Notes: a model not told the origin generated them from the letters alone. Positions 20,513-33,900 are shown, counted from the whole stretch's first letter. The stretch is 61,707 nucleotides of DNA, filler included, from Jimgerdemannia flammicorona (GCA_003990765.1; 2 parts of 2 records of this genome joined end to end with filler, not necessarily neighbours in it), one strand, 5' to 3'. Program-made: numbers and translations.

Positions 20513-22075
20513 TGTAGTAGTCGCTGAGTCCTTCAAATATGTCAGATTCTCTTCAAGGTGTATCTCTTAGACTAACTCAAGTTTGTTATAAGCAAGTTCT
20601 TATTGAAGTACCTTTCTAAGGTCTTATAGTCCTCAAAATTCTTATCTTTAAACTGTCTTGTTATCTTTTTAGATTGCTTGTAAGAAATTATATGTATTAT
20701 ATTAAGAAGAACTGACTTTATTTCAAAGGAAATAAGAGAGGTATTTATACAAAATATAATTCAATGGTTGCTAAGAAATAAAGCTAAATATAAATTCCAA
20801 TAACTAATAAAATACTGGAATATAAAAAACTACAGTTATCAGTACAGATTTCGGTATTGATACAGATAGTTGTACAAGTTCAGGGTACTGGTAGAATTCA
20901 GTAGTATAGAAAAAGGATGCTTGAAGAATTCTGAGTTATATAAGATCAGAATATCAGTAGAAGGATTAACTGTTACATAGGAAAAGAATGCTGGCAGAAT
21001 TCAGTATCACTAAGAACTTTAAAGCAGAATGTTCAGAACCATGGAGGCTTCATTCTTGTCATTGCTGAAGGAGATGAGATCTATGAATATTTTGTCTATC
21101 TCATTATATAGGTTGTACATTTTGCATATGTTGTATGAGATGATGTTATTGTCAATGATATCATCATATTTGGTAGCAGTGGGGGCTCTCTAATCTATGA
21201 CATTCTCTTCTACAAAATAAGGAACAAATGTGGGGTCTTAGGGAGGTCTAACCTGGATACTGGGGCCTTAGAATGCTGAGAGCAATTCTTGCAGGAACTG
21301 ATCTAAGTTGTCCTGGAGGATGAGATACCAGAACTCTTCTATCTTATCACTATTGAGAGTGATAGTGGACTGGACCTCTGTAGCTACCATGGCTTCTAGT
21401 GTATTGATATAATGGGCTGACAGATCTCTGAAGTCTGAGACTCTGATATACTCCAAGTTGGGGATCAATCATGGTGCATGTCTGAAGATCTGATAAATCT
21501 TCTTAGCTGTCCTTGTTTTACATATATCCATGGGAGTGGTATCTTGTAGCTCTTGAGGGCTGGCTTGAGGGAATTCCCAGCAGAGGAGGTTTTCTATTTC
21601 ATATTCTTGCTATATCTAGAGGTATTTGGTAGTAATGGTGATTCTTTCCATCTTGTAGTAGTAGAGGATATAATGATAAGAATCACTAGTACCCAGGTTG
21701 ACACTAGGAGTCCTTGTGGTATGAGTCCTTATGGCTCTTTGGATGTCTTGGAACATCCTTTCCTAGACTGAGAGATCTTGGTGATTTCTTAATCTTGAGG
21801 TTTGGTGGGCAGTGGGTATTTTGTTTATAATAAGTCTTTGAGCTATTTCAGGATTAACAGGTCTTATTAGTTGTTGCTACTGCAGTTTCTTGATCCTTCT
21901 TTTATATTCCTCAAGATGTTTGTATTGTAGTCCCAATGACTCACAATTGGTCATCATTGCTCATCTTATAACCTGGATGAGTTATACCATATGATCTTCT
22001 TATACTCTGATCTGATGACTTGCAAGGAAAGGCTGTCTCTTGTACTGATATCATTATTATGAGATCCCTGTTACA
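20513..22075 (-). repeat. Element B 5' LTR (1563 bp), carrying a second copy of the LTR ORF (21019-22075)
   Basis: Direct repeat of 5643-7215. ORF-track 21268-21468 (IPNLEYIRVSDFRDLSAHYINTLE) is part of that frame. Confidence 0.92.
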
Positions 22076-22401
22076 ATATATTGTATACTAAGTCTCAAAG
22101 TAATACCTTATTTCCCCAAGTATTCAAAGGATAAGAGAGAGATAAAAATAAAAGTTATTATATAAAGTCTCTTGAAACTACTTTATAAAAATAAACTAGA
22201 ACTGATTTATTATCCTTAAGTAGTTTATAAATTTATTTAATAATAGTAATCTGAGTATAAGAGATCTGATAGATAGAAATATATTTCTTTTTTATTATAT
22301 CTAATTGTTAATTAATAAGTTATTTTAATTAAAAATACTTCTGAAATCTAGCACTATATTAGTATATTTCAAAATAAGAGATTTATAATAGATAAGTCTA
22401 T

Positions 22402-23854
22402 TGTAACAAGACCAAAACATACCACCTGAATTATAACTTAGCCAGATGACATGAACAATTAGCATACTTACTCAGCATGATGTGACTTCCAGTGTATCAT
22501 AGTTACTCATGCCTGCCACACTTATAATTAGCCAAGACACCAGATCAGGATTGTTTACCTGTATCCTGAGGACACACTCATGTCCTGTGGACACACTCAT
22601 GTCCTGTGGACACACTCATGTCCTGCAGACACACTCATATCCTGTGGACACACCTGTACCCAGAGGACACACCCAAACATTATCAAAGATAGCAAATCTA
22701 TAGTTAGCCACATAGTAACCAGATAGTAACTAACTTGTATAAATTACCCCAGAGGCGCGAGTGAATAAAACCTCAGTCCAAATTGAAGTGCAAACCAAAG
22801 AAGCTTCTAAAGATTGAGCAATTGGTCCCCTTATTCCCACTCCAGTCCACTTTCTGATACAAAGAAGAGTTTGTTACATTTTTGGTTCACTTGCCAGATA
22901 AGCCTGAAGATTTGCTGCCTAAGTTCAAGGAGAACTTTGCCGCCTTTTGAAGAACCTGCCACTTAAAGGAATAAGCCGCGCTATTAGTATGCTTGCCAGA
23001 TAAGCCTGAAGAACCCTATTCTCCACCTTTCCAAGAAAGCCGCCTTGCTCAAACCAGTTTCTGATATAACTTCGCACTGATCTGTTTATGCAAACAAAGC
23101 CAGTCTTTGACGTAACTTTGCCAAGAGACCCTTTCCCAAAGAATGCTACCAGTTGTTCATATTTCCAGTAGAAGCCCACCAATTCAGGAAGAATCTGCAC
23201 CATCCTGTTTCCCAGTTAAGCCACCATCCTCAAGAAACCGCTGATTCAGGAAGAATCTGCATCATCCAAGTTACCCAAGTTATTGAATTATCTGCCTCCC
23301 ATGATATCTGAGTTATTCGTCATTCCCAGTGAGCCCGAGTTATCAAGTTATCCACCACCCAAGATAATTCCCAGTTGAAGCCACCGAGTTATCTGCATTC
23401 CCCGAGAACCCTGCCGTTTTAGGAAGAATCCATGCCATACGATTCCCAGTGAGCCAAATTGAGTTATCCGCCGAATTATCAGAACATCCACATAAGGAAC
23501 CCACTGTGCTACACAAAGATCATCGCGCTACACAAGATCATTATGCAGAAATCACCCGCCACCCAAGAAGGAGAACTGCTAAATTGCCAGACCATCATGC
23601 ACAAGGAGATCGTCACACTATACAGAAATTGTGCCATTCCCAGTTGACCCAAGAAGGAAAAGGCATACAAATCGCCACTACACCCAGAGAACTGTCCCAA
23701 TAAGGAAATCGCATGCACAGTATCCAGATCTTGACTATTATACCGCTAAACACCAAGAACATTTTGTTGCTTTTAACAAAGTAACTGGGGGCTCAAGCCA
23801 AACTACATCAACCCCCAATCTTGTAATTTGCCTCCATTGAGCTAGCACATTACA
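22402..23854 (+). repeat. Family C copy 1 5' LTR (1453 bp)
   Basis: TGTAACAAG...CATTACA. Homologous to 45739-47314 and 53255-54598. Contains internal CTGTGGACACACTCATGTC and GAGTTATC repeats. Confidence 0.9.
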
Positions 23855-23856
23855 TT

Positions 23857-23874
23857 TGGGGGCTCAACTAGGAA
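23857..23874 (+). promoter_or_regulatory. PBS, probably tRNA-Pro (also at ~31181 in copy 2)
   Basis: TGGGGGCTCAACTAGGA 2 nt after the LTR resembles the tRNA-Pro PBS TGGGGGCTCGTCCGGGA, mostly by transitions. Confidence 0.7.
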
Positions 23875-23893
23875 GATTTCAAAATTGACGTGA

Positions 23894-26800
23894 CTTTTCA
23901 GCTCACAAGAACCCACAGTTAAACTGGATACATTTGATACAATACCAATCTCTACTACTACAGGAGAACCAGTCATCACTAGCATTTGGACAGGAAGAGA
24001 AGTAATCACCTCAAGACTTGCCAACTATCCAGCATCAGAAGGATCTCAACCAGAAGTAGGAGGCAGTACAGCCCGAAATCCCCAACCAGATCAACCAGAT
24101 CAACCAGATAATATAGACAGCCCTGCTAGAGTTTTTGGAGAACTTGCACAAGAACTAGACAAACTTATTACCTGGACCCAACATCTTACAGCCAGACAGC
24201 ATACACCAGTCCCACCAATCTCACCAATAGAACCCCTAGCACAACCTCTTGCAAAACCAGAAGTAGCTCCTACAAGGATACCTAGGCCTATTCCACCTCA
24301 CCCAAGGACCAGAACACCATCTTCAAGATACCCAAGCACTCCTGTCTCTAGTGACAGTTCAGAAAGTGAATCAGAATCAGAATTCAAACCTGAATCAGAA
24401 TCAGAAGAAAGTGATGACGAAATGGCCACCTCATTGCCAACCTTTGTAGGATACCTGGAGGAAGACCCCAGAGAATTCCTTGATGGAATTGAAGGAATTG
24501 CAGCCTTGAGGAACCTCTCAGATGAAAGAAAAATCACCATCTACAAAGCCCAGCTTAGAGAACCAGCTAGAGGAATTTTCCACTGAACAGCAAACAATCC
24601 AGATTCGGAACTAGCAAGATAGATATAAGCAGTATTCTCTGATGAGCTAGAATATGAAGCCATGGTCCACTGGCTCATCGAAAAGTATGCAGGAAATGAA
24701 ACCTGCTACAAGGCTCAGGAATCCATCATGGGAATGAAGATGAATCTTGGAGAATCACAGAGCCTTCTTTACAAGAATCCAGAAGAGAATGTATTCTGCC
24801 AGGTTCAATGCTACCAATCAGGACATTATAGGCCCAATGACCTTTATGAATGGAATTCCCCTGAATATTGCTCAGTATGTCTACACCTTAGGCATCAGAA
24901 GGTCTGAAGAGCAAGTAGATACAGCCCAAGGATTCTTTGATATCAGGCAAGGAACCACTTGGAGTGATCATGATAAAAAGGAAGATAAAGAAGATATCCT
25001 GGTCAAGGCCCTCCAAGGACTCCTTCAAGGACAAGAAAGATCTGAAGAAAGGAGGCCAGCCAAGGAAGGAAAGAAGAACAGAAGTGAAATTCAAGACCTC
25101 AGCTCCAAGTTAGACCGATTGGTTGGACAGATTGAAAAACTCACCACATGCGAAAATCGGGACTACCAAAACAACAGAGGGTACCCACCACAGAGGAGCT
25201 AAGGTTATCCATCAAGAGATAACAGGAATTACCAGCAAGAAGAAAGAAGGTACCCTGTCTGAGACAGAGCCCAAGTCCAATGCTTCCACTGTGGACAATT
25301 CAGACACTATGCCACTGAATGTGACAACAAAAGAAGTGACCAAAGGGACTCAGAACCACCAAACCGAAGGAATGACACCCAGTACAAGAAGACTGAAGCC
25401 CATCCTGTTGAAGATTTTGAGGAAGCAAGCAACAGTGAAGACTACAGTGACCTAGACTTATACCCTACCAAGGTTACTACCCAAAAGACAGTCTACCCAG
25501 CTGAAAAAAGAAAGAGACCTGTGGGAAGACCATCCAGGAACATCAGCAGAAGAATTATTCAAGAAGGAGATAAAGAACATGAGGAGGAACAAGTCGAAAC
25601 ACCTCCCCAAACCCCTTCACCTTTCATGCCTAAGACAAACAAATTACCACCAGAAGATGAAGAATTGGAACAAGAAGAATGGGAACCTGCTGCTCTCAAG
25701 TCTAAGAAGAAGTATACCCTGAAGACCATGCCTAGGGATATTTACAATGAAGCCTGGCAGAAGATCCAAGAAGCTAAGATGGAAGTTCCTCTTTTGCAGT
25801 TCTTGCAACTGACACCAGCTGGAGTCCGAAACAAATTGCTGAGAACCACCAGGTCTAGCACTGGCCAAGTTCCAATCCCACAGCAAGAACCAGCCTCCAT
25901 CCCTGTCCAAGCAGCTGAAAGACATGTCAGCACCTACTTATATGGAGATATTGGAGGACAAAAAGTGAAAATCCTCATAGATACAGGAGCAGCTATCTGT
26001 GTCATTGTCAAACAATTCTTGGACACCCTCCAATGGCCCATTGATGGACCATCCAACCTCAGCATCATAGTAGCAGATAGAGCCCGAACTCAACCCCTTG
26101 GAGAAGTACGAAATATCACTATCTCCCTTGGACACATTCAGTTCTCCATCCCCAAAGCTGTTGTCACCGAAGCTGTCACCTATGACATGATTCTTGGTAC
26201 CAACTGGATGAAGGAAATAAATGCAGTTGTTGATATTGGCCAACAAGTACTCAAGTTTGACTACTGAGGCAAGAAGTATAGAGTTAAGGTGACCAGCTAT
26301 GAGCAATCAAAGAAGAAGAAGAAGGTCACTATTCAAGAAGAATATGCCAGCAGTGAGGAGTCTACTACAGAAGAGGAAGAAGAATCCAAAGATGGAAATG
26401 ATCCCAGACTCAATCCATGAATTAACCTAGTGGATGACAGACCAGAAGACAATGTGTGGGCCAAGAATACTATCCCTATCACCATTGGAGCCATCACAGG
26501 AGAAGCCAAAGGATGCCCTACATGCCTCAAGAGACACAAGTGTCCCGAGCACTCCTCCAAGATCATGGGAAAAAGGAAATTGCCTGGTGCAGCCTGCCCA
26601 GAATGCAGAAGAAAGAAGAAGAAATGCAGACATGTTCCAGAAACACCTGCAACTGAAGCTGCAGAAGTATAAGCAATTTGGGATCAAGAATCATCTGAAG
26701 AAGAAGAAACTTCTGACCAAGAAGTTCCTGAACAAGAAGCACCTGGTGAAGAAGAAGTCCCTGAGCTCATCCCCTGGGATGACCCTTGCTGGACACCACC

Positions 26801-29800
26801 TGAAGACAATGACCCCTGGAATACAGAGGAAAGACCCAGTACTATCACCATTATCCTCAAGAAAGAAACCCACCAAGAGAAAGCTTTCCAGCTAGGAAGA
26901 TGTTCACATCAAATGGTCTTCCACTCTCCCCGAGACTACTGCTATCAGTGTCATCTGTTGGATCAATAAGAAAGACAGAGATCCCAGAGACCAGAACCCC
27001 CAACTACTCTTGCACAGTCTACCACCTTCCAAGAAGTCACTACAAGGTTACAAAGTCGATTTAGGGGACAAGGCTTCTTTACCCAAACAGAAATATACCC
27101 CTTATCTATCCTTCCGCCAACTTATGATTAAGATGGGTACCGATTCCCAAGACAACAAGAGATAAATAGCTGGGAACATCATTTCCGAGCAATGGGATAT
27201 TGCAACCATAGAAGACACCCTGACTGCAGAGACTGCAGACATCAGAAGATTCACCTCAGTCATGATGTTGCAGTGTATACCTTGAAGAAAGGAGATAACC
27301 GAAGCTAGATCCGAAAAAGTCAGATTTGAAAAAGCCAGACCAAGAAGCCTGGAAAAAGAATTCTCAAGATCTACGATTTGGGAGAAGATATCCTAGCTCT
27401 CATCAGACATGTAACCCGCCAAGGAGGGGCAGAAGATGCCACCAACTTCATGGAAGCCCTTGACCCTACAGGAAGGAGGAGAATCAATTACCTCCAAGAC
27501 CCCTCTACTGGAGCCAGATGGCCACACCTCAACCTTAGAGCTTGGAGACTTTCCGCTAGTGGAGCTTCAGCCCTAGGAAAGCCTGAACTCAGCAAGGACA
27601 TTGCCCAGTATGCCCTGCTGCACCCCAAGGCCAAACCCATGACCAAAGCCCACCCAGAGGATGTAGGATATGATCTTTACAGCCTGGAGGATGAATCTAT
27701 CAAGCCTGGAAAAACCTTTATGGTCAGAACGGGATTAGCCATGCAACCACCTCAAGGAGCTTATATTCAACTGACCTCAAGGTCTGGACTTGCCAGACAA
27801 GAGATAACTGTAGAAGGAGGAACCATTGACCCTGGATATACAGGCGAAATCAAGGTTATCCTACACAACAGCAGTGCAGAATGGTACCAAATCATTAGAG
27901 GACAGAAGATTGCCCAAGCAGTCTTCATGAAGGTCGAGACCCCACAGTTACAGGAGGTCTCTGGACTAACCAAAGGGACAAGACAAGCTGAAGGATTTGG
28001 AAGTTCAGACAGGAAAGAAGTTCATCTCCTTCAAGTCAACTACCTCAAGAGGAATGTTCCCCAGCAAGTATACTGGCAGCCAGTCAGACTGCATAAGAAT
28101 CTCATCCTGGAGCCTGGAGAACAAACTACCTTCGAAATCTTTGCACCACCTGACCCCAGAAACCTTTTCTTCGAACCCAAGGAAGATATCCCACACCTGG
28201 ACATAGAGGGACACACATTCCCTGACAAGATAAACCCAGTACACTCCTGAGCAACCAACCAAAGTTGGGAGACCATCATCCTGCCAAAAGGAACCATCAT
28301 AGGATATCTGGTGCCTTTTCTCAACCGAACTCATAGGGAAGTTTATGAACTAAACCTATCGGGAAACAGCAAAAGGTCCCAGAAGAAAGGAAAGGCCCCT
28401 CTGTGACCCAGGAGACAGTGAAGCCTTCCACCAACATTGGAGAAGAATTGACACCTCAACAACAGCAACAACTAGTAGAACTTCTCAACAAATATCAAGA
28501 TATCTTCACCACCAATTATGGCAACCTGCCATACAATCCATCATATTACCACAGCATAAATACAGGAAGTGCAACACCCATCTGGCAGAAATCCTATAGA
28601 ATACCCCATCACTTGAAAACATTTGAAAAGGAGCACATCCAAGAACTCTTAGACAATGGAGTCATCCAACCCTCTACCAGCCCCTGGGCCAGCCCTATAC
28701 TTATTGTACCAAAGAAAGGAGGATGGAGACTCTGCATGGATTATAGAAAACTCAACTCAGTCATTGAAAAGGATGCTTATTCTTTGCTCAGAATCGATGA
28801 CCTTTTGGACCAGTTACAAGAAGCCCGATACTTCAGCAGTATGGACCTCTTCACAGGATTCCATGAGATCCCCATGGACCCCAAGGACATTTAAAAGACA
28901 GCTTTCCTTGCTCTAGGAAAACTGTTTGAATACCTCCAAATGCTCTTTGGACTTTGCAATACACCCCCTACCTTCCAGAGAATGATAAATTCAGTCTATG
29001 CCCCCTTGATCCACCACTGTCTGATTGTATACATGGATGACTCCAATATCTATTCAGCAAATTTCAAAGAACACCTGCACCACCTAGAAGAATTCTTCAA
29101 GCTCACCTGCAAGAATCACTTGAGACTAAATGCAAAGAAATGCTACTTTGGAAAACAGAAACTCGAATTCCTGGGATTTGTGGTTTCAAAAGAAGGAACT
29201 CATACAGACCCAAAGAAAACTGAGAAGATCAACAATTGGCCAGTACCCAAGACTCCAAAAGAAACACTATCATTCCTGATGCTAGTATCCTACTACAGAA
29301 GGTTCATCAAGAATTTTGCCCAAATCGCTGCCCCAATCCGAATCCTTCTCAAGAAAGGAATAACATTCAAGTGGACAGAATCACAGGAAAAAGCCTTCAG
29401 AGAACTCAAGAACCGCATGACTACAGCACCAATCCTTGTGCACCCCAATCTATAGAAGCCATTCATCTTGTATACAGATGCTTCCAAAGATGGCCTCGGA
29501 GTAGTTCTAGCCCAAGAAGGACCTGACCAATAGCACCATGTGATAGCTTATGCAAGCAGGGCTACCAATCAGCAGCAGATGAACTATGGCAGCACCAAAC
29601 TGGAATGCCTTGCAGTCATATAGGCAGTCACCCTGTTCAAGCATTACCTCATCGGAAAAAGGTTCACCCTGATCACAGACCATGCAGCCCTCAAATGGTT
29701 ATTCAACCACATGGAACCTGCCGGAATTCTAGCCTGCTGGATCCTTATCCTTCAGGATTACAAAATCACCATCATTCACAAGCAGGGAAAGCCCACAACA

Positions 29801-29832
29801 ATGTTGATGTACTTTCCCGCCAGCCCCAATGA
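23894..29832 (+). pseudogene. Family C copy 1 gag-pol (gag, PR, Cys/His-rich insert, dUTPase, RT, RNase H)
   Basis: MATSLPTFVGYLEEDPREFLDGIE, CFHCGQFRHYATEC, KILIDTGAAICVI, WASPILIVPKK, IVYMDDSNIYS, FILYTDASKDG. Confidence 0.93.
27610..28010 (+). CDS. dUTPase domain (uninterrupted frame) in family C copy 1
   Basis: DVGYDL, SRSGLA, GTIDPGYTGEI, GQKIAQ, RQAEGFGSS (the five trimeric dUTPase motifs). Confidence 0.93.
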
Positions 29833-30814
29833 ATCAGAGGAAGGGTGTCCCGAGGAACCACACTCTAAAGGAAGCTCCTCAGACTATCAAAGCACAAGAA
29901 GATCTTATCCAAAAAGAACATTAGAAGGCCCACCAAGGACAGACAAGCATAGAAGACAGAATTCGAAAACAATATCAACATTGGCCCTACCTCAGAACTC
30001 AAGTTCAGGACATCATCCAGAAATGTGACATCTGCCAGAAGTACCAAGGAAAGAAGAACTATCAAGCCCCTCTGCAACCGATTCCCCCACCCACTCACAT
30101 CTTTCAAAGATGGGGAGTAGATGTAATTGGACCTCTACCAGTTACACCAAGAAGAAATAAATACATCCTTGTATTTGTAGAACATCTGACCAAGTGGCCC
30201 AAGGCTTTCCCAATGGAAATTGCAGATATGTACCTTAACTGTTGTAGGCCTCCTCCATAGACTCACACTTAGATATAGACCTCCAGAAGAACTCATCTCT
30301 GACCGAGGCACAGAATTCATCAACAATATAATCACAAGTTATGCCTGAATTCACAAGATCCACCTCAAAAGGACCACATCATACCACCCTCAGACTAATG
30401 GCATGACAGAAAGAATAAACCAGACCATCAAAAAAGAACTTGCTCGAGTCAATCCTACTAATTGGGACCTCTGCTTACCTGAGATCCTATGGGAAATTCA
30501 GAATACCCCTGCCACATCTACCAAACAAAAGCCATTCGAAATGATGTTTGCCAAGAAAACCAGAACTGCTGACTATGAGAATCTCGGAGACCTCCTCAAG
30601 AAGGCAGAACAGTTATGAAATCAAGCCCAAGGACAGATTATCAAAGCCCAGGAAAGACAAAAGAAGTACTATAACCAAAAACAGAAGGATCAGGAGATCA
30701 AGATTGGAGATCAAGTCCTAGTTTGGAGAAGCATGATTGAGACAAACTTTGCTGCCAAACTGGAACCAAAATGGGAAGGACCTTATCTTGTACACAACAT
30801 CAGAGGAACCAGCA
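29829..30814 (+). pseudogene. Family C copy 1 integrase (own ATG overlapping the RNase H stop)
   Basis: H-x3-H..CDICQ, RWGVDVIGPLP, ELISDRGTEF, YHPQTNGMTER, KWEGPY. Confidence 0.9.
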
Positions 30815-30914
30815 NNNNNNNNNNNNNNNNNNNNNNNNNNNNNNNNNNNNNNNNNNNNTTAATTAATTAANNNNNNNNNNNNNNNNNNNNNNNNNNNNNN
30901 NNNNNNNNNNNNNN
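30815..30914. other. Assembly gap with artificial TTAATTAATTAA linker
   Basis: 44 N + TTAATTAATTAA (30859-30870) + 44 N. Confidence 0.97.
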
Positions 30915-33900
30915 AAAAAAAAAAAAAAAAAAATAAGAAGGAAATTGCTAAATTACCAGACCACCTATGCTATACAAATCACTGCTACACCCAGAGAACC
31001 ATCACAATAAGGAAATTACTTACAGATATCCAGCTTTGACTATTATACCACTAAACACCAAGGACTTTAGGAATTATTGAATATTTTATTACTTTTTAAC
31101 AAAGTAACTGGGGGCTCAAGCCAACCTACATCAATTCACAACCATATAATTTGCCTCTATTGAGCTAGGCATATTACATTTGGGGGCTCAATGGGAAGAT
31201 TTCAAATTGAAGTGACTTTTCAGCTCACAAGAACCCACAGTCAAACTAGATATATTTAATATAATACCAATCTCTGCCACTATAGAAGAACCAGTTATCA
31301 CCAGTATTTGGACAGAAAGAGAAGTAATTATCTAAAGACTCATCAACTACCCAGCATCAGAAGGATCTCTACCAGAAGCCAGTACAGTCTGAAATTCTCA
31401 ACCAGATCAACCAGACAATACAGGCTGCCCTGTTGGAAACTTTGAAGAACTTGCACAAGAACTAGAAGCTCTTATTACACAAGTCTGGCATCCTGTAGTC
31501 AGATATCCCAGAGAGGTCTCATCAATCTCACTCATTGAACTATTACCACTAGCTTTTGCAGAATTGGTAGTAGCTTCTTCAAGAATACCCAGGCTTATTC
31601 CACTTCATCTGAGGTCTATAACACTATCCTTAAGATACCCAAGCACCCCCAATCTCTAATAATAGTTCAGAAAGTGAATCAGAGTTAGAATCCAAATCAG
31701 AATCCAGACCAGAACTAGAATCAGAAGAAAGTGATGATGAAATGTCCACCCCATGGCCAACCTTCACAGAATATCCAGAGGAAGATTCTAGAGAATTTCT
31801 TAATAGAATTGAGAGAATCACTGTCCTGAGGAATCTCTCAGATAAAAGAAAAATTGCCATCTACAAGGCCCAGCTCAGAGAACCAGCCAGAGGAATTTTC
31901 CACCTAGCAGCAAATAACCCACATTCAGAACTTACAACAGAAATGCAAGCAGTAGCATATTATCAGCTAGAATACATAGCTATGGTCCACTGACGAAAAA
32001 TATACAGAAAATGAAACCTGCCACAAGACTCAAGAATTCATCATGGGAATGAAGATGAACCTTGGAGAATCACCCAGAGCCTTCTTTATAAGAATTTAGA
32101 AGAGAATGCATATAGTCAGATTCAATGTTACCAATCAAGACATCATAGGTCCAATAATCTTCATAAATGGAATTCCTCCAAACATTGTCCAGCATATCTG
32201 TATCCTTGGCTTCAGAAGGTCTGAAGAGCAAGTAGATATAGCTTAAGGATTCTTTGATATTAGATAAGGAACTGCCTGGAGTGACCATGAACAGAAGGAT
32301 GACAAAGAAGATATCCTGGTCAAAGCCCTTCAAGGAATCTTTCAAGAACAGGAAAGATCTCAAGAAAGAAGGCCAGCCAAAGAAAGAAAGAAGGACAGGA
32401 TTGAAATTCAAGAGCTTAGTTCTAAGTTGGACCAATTGGTTGGATAGATTGAAAAACTTATCATATGTAAAAATCAGAGTTATTAAGATAACAGAGAATA
32501 CTCACCACAAAGGAGCCAAGGTTATCCACTCAGAGATAATAGGAACTACCTGTAAGAAGAAAGAAGATACTCTGTCTCAGTTAGAGCCTAAGTTCAATGC
32601 TTCCACTGTGGACAATTCAGTCACTATACTACTGAATGTGACAATAGAAGAAGTGACTGAAGAGACTCAGAACTACCAAACCAAAGGAATGAAATCCAGT
32701 ATAAGAAGACTGAATGAAGACTTCAAAGAAGAAAGCAACAATGAAGACAACAGTAATCTGGACTTATATCCAGCCAAAGTCACCATCCAAAAGATAGTTT
32801 ACATAGCAGAGAAGAGGAAGAGACCTGTAGGAAGTCCATCCAGGAATACTAGCAGAAGAATTCAGGAAGAAGACAAAGAACATGAAGAAGAGCAAGTAGA
32901 AATACCTCCCCAGTCTCCTTCACCTTTTGTTCCTGAAACAAATGAGCTACCCCCAGAGAATAAAGAAACAGAGCAAGAAGAACAGAAACCTTCCACCCCA
33001 AAGCTCAAGAAGAAGTATACCCTGAAGACCATATTCAGAGATATGTATCTACAATGAAGTCTGGCAAAAGATTCAAAAAGCCAAGATGGAAGTTTCTCTC
33101 CTACAGTTCCTGTAACTGATACTAGCTGGAGTCTGAAACAAATTACTGAGGACCACTAGATCTAGCACTGGCTAAATTTCAATCCCACAGTAAGAGCCAG
33201 CTGCCATCTCTATCCAAGCTGTAGAGAGATATGTCAGCACCTACCTATATGGATATATTGGAGGACAAAATGCAAAAATCCTCATAAACATAAGAGCAGC
33301 TGTCTGTATCATTGCCAAATAATTCCTGAATACCCTCTAATGGCCCATTGATGGACTATACAATCTCAGCATCATAGTAGCAGATAGAACCTGAACTCAA
33401 TCTCTTAGAGAAGTACAAAACATCACCATCTCTCTTGGACACATTTAGTTCTCTATCCTGAAAGCTATTATCACTAAAGCTGTCACCTATGACATAATTC
33501 TTGGTACTAACTAAATGAAGGAAAGAAATGCAGTTGTTGATATGAGTCAATAAGTTCTCAAGTTTGATGACTAAGGCAAGAAGTACAGAGTTAAGGTGGC
33601 CAGCTATGAGCAATTGAAGAAGAAGAAAAAGATCACCATCTAGGAAGAATATGCCAGCAGTGAAGAATCTACTACAAATGAGGAAGAATCCAAAGACAGA
33701 AACAATCCCAGACTCAATCTCTGAATCAACCTAGTGGATGATAGGCCAGAAGACAATGTATAGGCCAGAAATACTGTCCCCATCACCATTGGAGCCATTG
33801 CAGGAGAAATCAAAGGATGCCCTACCTACCTCAAGAGATACAAGTGCTCCAAGCACTCCACTAAGATCATTAGGACATGGAATTCGTCTGGCACAGCCTA

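Larger units (their letters stand above)
5643..22075 (-). mobile_element. Ty3/gypsy LTR retrotransposon B (gag-PR-dUTPase-RT-RH, IN, accessory ORF), degenerate, with nested insertions
   Basis: Paired ~1.57-kb LTRs (TGTAG...TTGCA/TTACA), minus-strand PPT AAGAGAAAGA next to 7216, and recognisable pol domains on the minus strand. No clean TSD seen. Confidence 0.93.
22402..30814 (+). mobile_element. Ty3/gypsy family C copy 1 (least decayed; cut off by the gap)
   Basis: 5' LTR, PBS and gag-PR-Cys/His region-dUTPase-RT-RH-IN. Confidence 0.95.

Noticed and set aside
22560..22670. 19-bp tandem repeats, and GAGTTATC repeats elsewhere in family C LTRs, as a CRISPR-like array
   Set aside because: There are no unique spacers and no cas genes. 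These are ordinary LTR-internal tandem repeats.
30859..30870. TTAATTAATTAA inside the N run
   Set aside because: Symmetric artificial six-frame-stop linker. Contiguity across the gap is not guaranteed.
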